This document shows positions 60,162 through 64,000 of a stretch of DNA of 64,000 nucleotides, piece after piece. Made by a program: the position numbers and the translations under genes. Position 1 is the stretch's first letter, and each line of letters starts with the position of its first letter. The notes beneath the pieces are model-generated. The model made no database searches. It was given only the letters and a program-made list of their open reading frames with translations, and was not told where the DNA came from. The stretch is from an uncultured Acidimicrobiaceae bacterium (GTDB lineage: Bacteria; Actinomycetota; Acidimicrobiia; Acidimicrobiales; Bog-793): positions 31,785 to 95,784 of the forward strand of contig CAVRYE010000008.1 of NCBI GenBank assembly GCA_963725355.1. Reading direction: 5' to 3'.

Positions 60162-61352
60162 TCAGTCAGCGGCTGCCATGCGCTTGGAAACGAGCGATTT
60201 GAGCTCCTCGGCGGCAGCCGTGCGGTCAAGGGCGACGAGGCTCGCGATTCCCTGCGCGCCGAGGTAGCCGCTCAAAAAAGCACCTCTGTTGCGCCTTTCC
60301 CACGATTTGGCGAGCCGCTCCGCCTGGGCCCACATGACCGCGGGCTGGGCCGCGACGGCTTCGGCCGCCACCTGGCGCAGCGAATAGGACATGTCTGCCA
60401 GGTCCTCGAGCGGTGAAACAAAGCGGGGCTCGCGGCCGCGGTTCTCAGCCGGCCGCCCGATGAGAGGGTCGTCGCCGAAGCCACCGACTATCCAGCCGGC
60501 ATCGCAGCGAAAGACACGGCGCAGGTGGTAGTCCCCGTGCACCCTGATGGCCGCCGTGCCCCGGTCAAGGGATCGCAGCCCGAAGGCCTCGGCGAGGGCG
60601 AGGTGCAGCTCGCCGGTGATCTCCCCTAGTCGGCGCATCTCCGAGGAGAGGTCGCCTCCGGCGCCCCCCACCTCGTCGTGCCTGGTGTTCTCGGCATCGA
60701 AGTTGCGCCCGAACAGGTCGCGAAGCGACGTCAGGGCGAGCAGCCGGCCCTCCACCGCACCTGGGATGAACTCTCGGACAAGGGCGAGGTCCCAGCCGCT
60801 GCGTTCCCAGCGCGCCACGGGCCGAAGCATCTGAGTGAAGCCGACCTCGTCCAGCTTGCCGAGGAGCTCGACCTCGGGCCGGGGAGCGGGCTCGAGCACG
60901 CGATAGGACTTCATGAACAGGTGCTCGTCGTATACGAGCGAGGCGTGGCTCACCAGCGACTGCAACAGGCGTACCCGGACGGCGTTTTGGGACCCGCCGC
61001 TCGCCACGCTTAGCAGCTTGGTCGCGAGCTCCTCGTCGGCGATGGCGTCGTAGCACAGCACGTCGCCCGAGCCGTCGTCGCACATGCCGAGCACGGCACC
61101 TTGGTGCTCGCCTAGAGCCGCCGGGGCTTGAGCCGGGTCGCGCCATCCCACAAGGACATGGAAGGGGCGCTCTCCGACGGTGACCACGACGCTCGCCAGC
61201 CCCGGGCGGCCGTCGAAGATGATCTCGAGGTCGGCCAGCTTGAAGCTCGCCCAGACTCCCCGGTCGTAGCGAGCCATGTCGACTAGGAACCAGGGTTGGC
61301 GCTCGAGGTAGGGGATGACGAGCCCTTCGAGGGCGGCGGGGGACGGGGGCAC
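60162..61352 (-). CDS. mak: Maltokinase (maltose 1-phosphate forming, Pep2/Mak)
   Basis: GTG 61352 shares one base with the treS TAG. …IPYLERQPWF…, kinase core …HGDYHLRRVF…GFGDDP… is aminoglycoside-phosphotransferase-like. The adjacent treS supports the call. Confidence 0.8.
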   Translation of the reverse strand: MPPSPAALEGLVIPYLERQPWFLVDMARYDRGVWASFKLADLEIIFDGRPGLASVVVTVGERPFHVLVGWRDPAQAPAALGEHQGAVLGMCDDGSGDVLCYDAIADEELATKLLSVASGGSQNAVRVRLLQSLVSHASLVYDEHLFMKSYRVLEPAPRPEVELLGKLDEVGFTQMLRPVARWERSGWDLALVREFIPGAVEGRLLALTSLRDLFGRNFDAENTRHDEVGGAGGDLSSEMRRLGEITGELHLALAEAFGLRSLDRGTAAIRVHGDYHLRRVFRCDAGWIVGGFGDDPLIGRPAENRGREPRFVSPLEDLADMSYSLRQVAAEAVAAQPAVMWAQAERLAKSWERRNRGAFLSGYLGAQGIASLVALDRTAAAEELKSLVSKRMAAAD

Positions 61353-63127
61353 TAGCGGTCCACCAGCTCGAACCAGTAGATCCCATAGGGGGCGAGCGTG
61401 ACCGAATAGGTCTTGGACGTCACCTTGGGGAAGGGCACTCGTCCTAAGAGCTCGATCGGCGTGCAGCCTTCCCAGCGACCGAGGCTGAGCTCGACCGGCT
61501 GGGCGAACCGGCTCAGGTTGGCAACGCACAGCACAGCTGCTGGCGTCCCGTCGAGGTCGGGGGCCTCGGACAGGTTGATGTCGTCCGGCTCGGCTGGCTC
61601 AGCGACCATGGGAGCGTTCGCGGACTCGGCCAAACCAAGCCCGGCACCGAGCCGCTCGCCGTCGCGGGCCTGGCGCACGTAGGCGAGCACGGACGGGTTG
61701 TCGGCCGGCAGCACCTCGAAAGAACCGGCGGCGAACTGCGGGTACTGGTGGCGCACGGCCAGCATGCGCCGCAGCCAGTGGAGAAACGACGACGGGTCGC
61801 GTTGTTCGGCTTCGACGTTGACGGCCTGGTAGCCGTGCACGGGGTCCATGAGCGGCGGCAGGTAGAGCTGAGCGAAGTCCGCCCGAGAGAACCCCGCGTT
61901 GCGGTCCGGCGACCATTGCATGGGCGTGCGCACCCCGTCGCGGTCGCCGAGGTAGATGTTGTCGCCCATCAAGAGCTCGTCACCGTAGTAGAGGACGGGA
62001 CTGCCCGGCAGCGACAAGAGCAGGCCGTGAAGCAGCTCGGCGACGCGGCGGTCGTTGTCGACAAGGGGGGCCAGGCGCCTACGGATGCCGAGGTTCCTGC
62101 GCATGCGTGGATCGCGGGCGTACTCGGCGTACATGTAGTCGCGCTCCTCGTCGGTCACCATCTCCAAGGTGAGCTCGTCGTGGTTGCGCAGGAAGATCCC
62201 CCACTGGCAGCCCTCGGGGATGGGAGGGATCTGGGCGAGGATCTCGGTGATCGGGAAGCGCTGCTCGCGGCGGATGGCCATGAACATGCGCGGCATAAGG
62301 GGGAAGTTGAAGCACATGTGGCACTCGTCGCCGTCACCGAAGTACCGGAAGACATCGGCGGGCCACTGGTTCACCTCGGCGAGCAGCATCCGGTTGGTGT
62401 AGTTGGCGTCAATCTCGGCACGGATGCGGCGAAGGAACTTGTGCGTCGCCGGCAGGTTCTCGCAGTTGGTCCCTTCCTCTTTGTACAAATAGGGGACGGC
62501 GTCGAGCCGGAAGCCGTCGAGGCCGAGGTCCAGCCAGTACCTAACGACGCTGAGCATGGCCTCAGCGACGTCTGGGTTGTCGTAGTTGAGGTCTGGCTGC
62601 TGATGGTAGAAGCGGTGGTAGTAGTACTGGCCGCGCACCTCGTCGAAGGTCCAGTTGGACGGCTCCACGTCGCAGAAGATCACCCGCACGTCTGCGAAGC
62701 GGCGGTTGTCGTCGGACCACATGTACCAGTCGGCCTTCGGGTTGTCGCGCGACGAGCGCGACTCGACGAACCAGGGGTGCTCGTCGCTCGTGTGGTTCAT
62801 GACGAGATCGGCGATGATACGGATCCCCCGCCGATGGGCTTCCTCGATCACCGCCACGAGGTCCTCGACGTTGCCGAGCTCGGGGGCGACGGTCAAAAAG
62901 TCGCTGATGTCGTAGCCACCGTCATGCATCGGAGATGGGTAGAAGGGGAGGAGCCAGACGCAGTCGACGCCGAGCCACTGCAGGTAGTCGAGCTTTTCCC
63001 GCAGGCCTTTGAAGTCGCCGACCCCATCCGCGTTGGAGTCGAAGAAACCACGGGGGAGCAATTCGTAAAAGACGGCCCGCTCGTACCAGCGCGGGTCGTC
63101 GAAATCACGGGTCTGGCCCGGGTACAC
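61352..63127 (-). CDS. treS: Trehalose synthase (maltose alpha-D-glucosyltransferase)
   Basis: 591 aa GH13. WYERAVFYELLPRGFFDSNADGVGDF, GFRLDAVPYL, FLRNHDELTLE, and a long TreS-specific C-terminal domain. Confidence 0.9.
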   Translation of the reverse strand: MYPGQTRDFDDPRWYERAVFYELLPRGFFDSNADGVGDFKGLREKLDYLQWLGVDCVWLLPFYPSPMHDGGYDISDFLTVAPELGNVEDLVAVIEEAHRRGIRIIADLVMNHTSDEHPWFVESRSSRDNPKADWYMWSDDNRRFADVRVIFCDVEPSNWTFDEVRGQYYYHRFYHQQPDLNYDNPDVAEAMLSVVRYWLDLGLDGFRLDAVPYLYKEEGTNCENLPATHKFLRRIRAEIDANYTNRMLLAEVNQWPADVFRYFGDGDECHMCFNFPLMPRMFMAIRREQRFPITEILAQIPPIPEGCQWGIFLRNHDELTLEMVTDEERDYMYAEYARDPRMRRNLGIRRRLAPLVDNDRRVAELLHGLLLSLPGSPVLYYGDELLMGDNIYLGDRDGVRTPMQWSPDRNAGFSRADFAQLYLPPLMDPVHGYQAVNVEAEQRDPSSFLHWLRRMLAVRHQYPQFAAGSFEVLPADNPSVLAYVRQARDGERLGAGLGLAESANAPMVAEPAEPDDINLSEAPDLDGTPAAVLCVANLSRFAQPVELSLGRWEGCTPIELLGRVPFPKVTSKTYSVTLAPYGIYWFELVDR

Positions 63128-63134
63128 AGCCCCT

Positions 63135-64000
63135 TCAGCCGAACTCGATGGCGGAGAAGCGGCGCAGCTTTGAAAGCTGGTGGCGCGCCTCTACCTTGCG
63201 AACGGTGCCGGACTTCGAGCGCATGACGAGCGACTCGGTGACGGCGCCGCGGTGGTCGTATCTGACGCCTCGGAGCAGGTCGCCACCTGTGATGCCCGTC
63301 GCCGCGAAAAAGCAGTTGTTCCCCTTCACCAAGTCGTCGACGGTGAGCACGCGATCGAAGTCGTAGCCCGCCGATATGGCGGCCGCCCGCTCCATCTCGT
63401 TTCGCGCCCAGAGCCGACCCTGCATGGCGCCGCCCATGCACTTGAGCGCTGCCGCCGAGATCACGCCCTCGGGCGTGCCTCCGATGCCGATCAGCACGTC
63501 GACGCCGGACTCGGGCCAGGAAGTGGCGATAGCACCGGCTACGTCGCCGTCGCTGATGAGGATGATCCGGGCGCCCGTGGCCCGCACCTTTTCAATGAGC
63601 TCGGCGTGGCGGGGGCGGTCCAGCACGACGACGGTGAGGTCGTTGACCGCCTCGTCCTTGGCCCGGGCGATGGCGGCTAGGTTCTCGGCCGGGCTCGCCT
63701 TGATATCAATGACATCGGCCGCCTCCGGACCGACGACAATCTTCTCCATGTAGACAAACGGGCCCGGGTCGAACATCGAGCCCCGCTCGGAGACCGCTAT
63801 CACCGCGAGGGCACCGCCGCGGCCCTCGCGGTGAGGGAGGTGCCGTCGATGGGGTCGACGGCGACATCTGTCAACGGCGGCGTGCCGTCGCCGATGCGCT
63901 CGCCGTTGAACAACATGGGTGCCTTGTCCTTCTCTCCCTCGCCGATGACGACGATGCCATCCATCGGCACGCGCTGGAGGACGATGCGCATGGCGTCGAC
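63135..64000 (-). pseudogene. glpX: Class II fructose-1,6-bisphosphatase (GlpX), 5' end outside window, apparent frameshift near 63823-63826
   Basis: Upstream part (frame of ORF 63800..63991: …[18 protein letters not shown]…[13 protein letters not shown]) and downstream part (ORF 63135..63803, preceded in-frame by GRGGALAV: [14 protein letters not shown]…GIGGTPEGV…) are in different frames. The junction is at a short G/C run. Confidence 0.85.

Noticed and set aside
60162-63127. treS-mak pair (with neighbouring galT-like and glpX) as something unusual
   Set aside because: The trehalose-to-maltose-1-phosphate (GlgE pathway) pair is standard in Actinomycetota. The one-base TAG/GTG overlap is ordinary translational coupling.
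61748-63226. 492-aa plus-strand ORF
   Set aside because: Antisense shadow of treS.

Overview
Visibly high-GC (not computed) chromosomal segment whose gene content and synteny look like Actinomycetota. It is almost entirely housekeeping, with about 55-60 protein genes, most on the minus strand.

Gene content:
- Branched-chain amino-acid biosynthesis: ilvB-ilvN-ilvC, ilvD, leuB-ilvE-cimA, leuC-leuD, leuA.
- Serine pathway: serA, serC and an aminotransferase.
- Other core functions: gatC-gatA-gatB, ligA, mnmA, a cysteine desulfurase, pstS-pstC-pstA-pstB, greA, treS-mak, galT-like, glpX.
- Regulators and stress functions: a PASTA Ser/Thr kinase, an ECF sigma / RskA-like anti-sigma pair, and an SOS-box-controlled imuA'-imuB cassette.

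Accessory or unusual content:
1. One 1410-bp IS256-family element with a 9-bp target duplication, inserted in a GAF-GGDEF-EAL gene.
2. Two leader-peptide attenuators, upstream of leuA and ilvB.
3. A perfect 25-bp tandem duplication covering the ilvD start codon.
4. At least 14 single-nucleotide frameshifts in 13 well-conserved genes, some normally indispensable (gatA, leuC, ilvD). This is the most striking point. I think it more likely reflects consensus indel errors than biology, but I cannot prove that from the sequence.

I found no tRNA, rRNA or CRISPR array, and no convincing novel multi-gene system such as a defence island. The findings below are mostly regulatory or structural details and should not be over-read. 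Coordinates of hand-mapped small features may be off by 1-2 nt.
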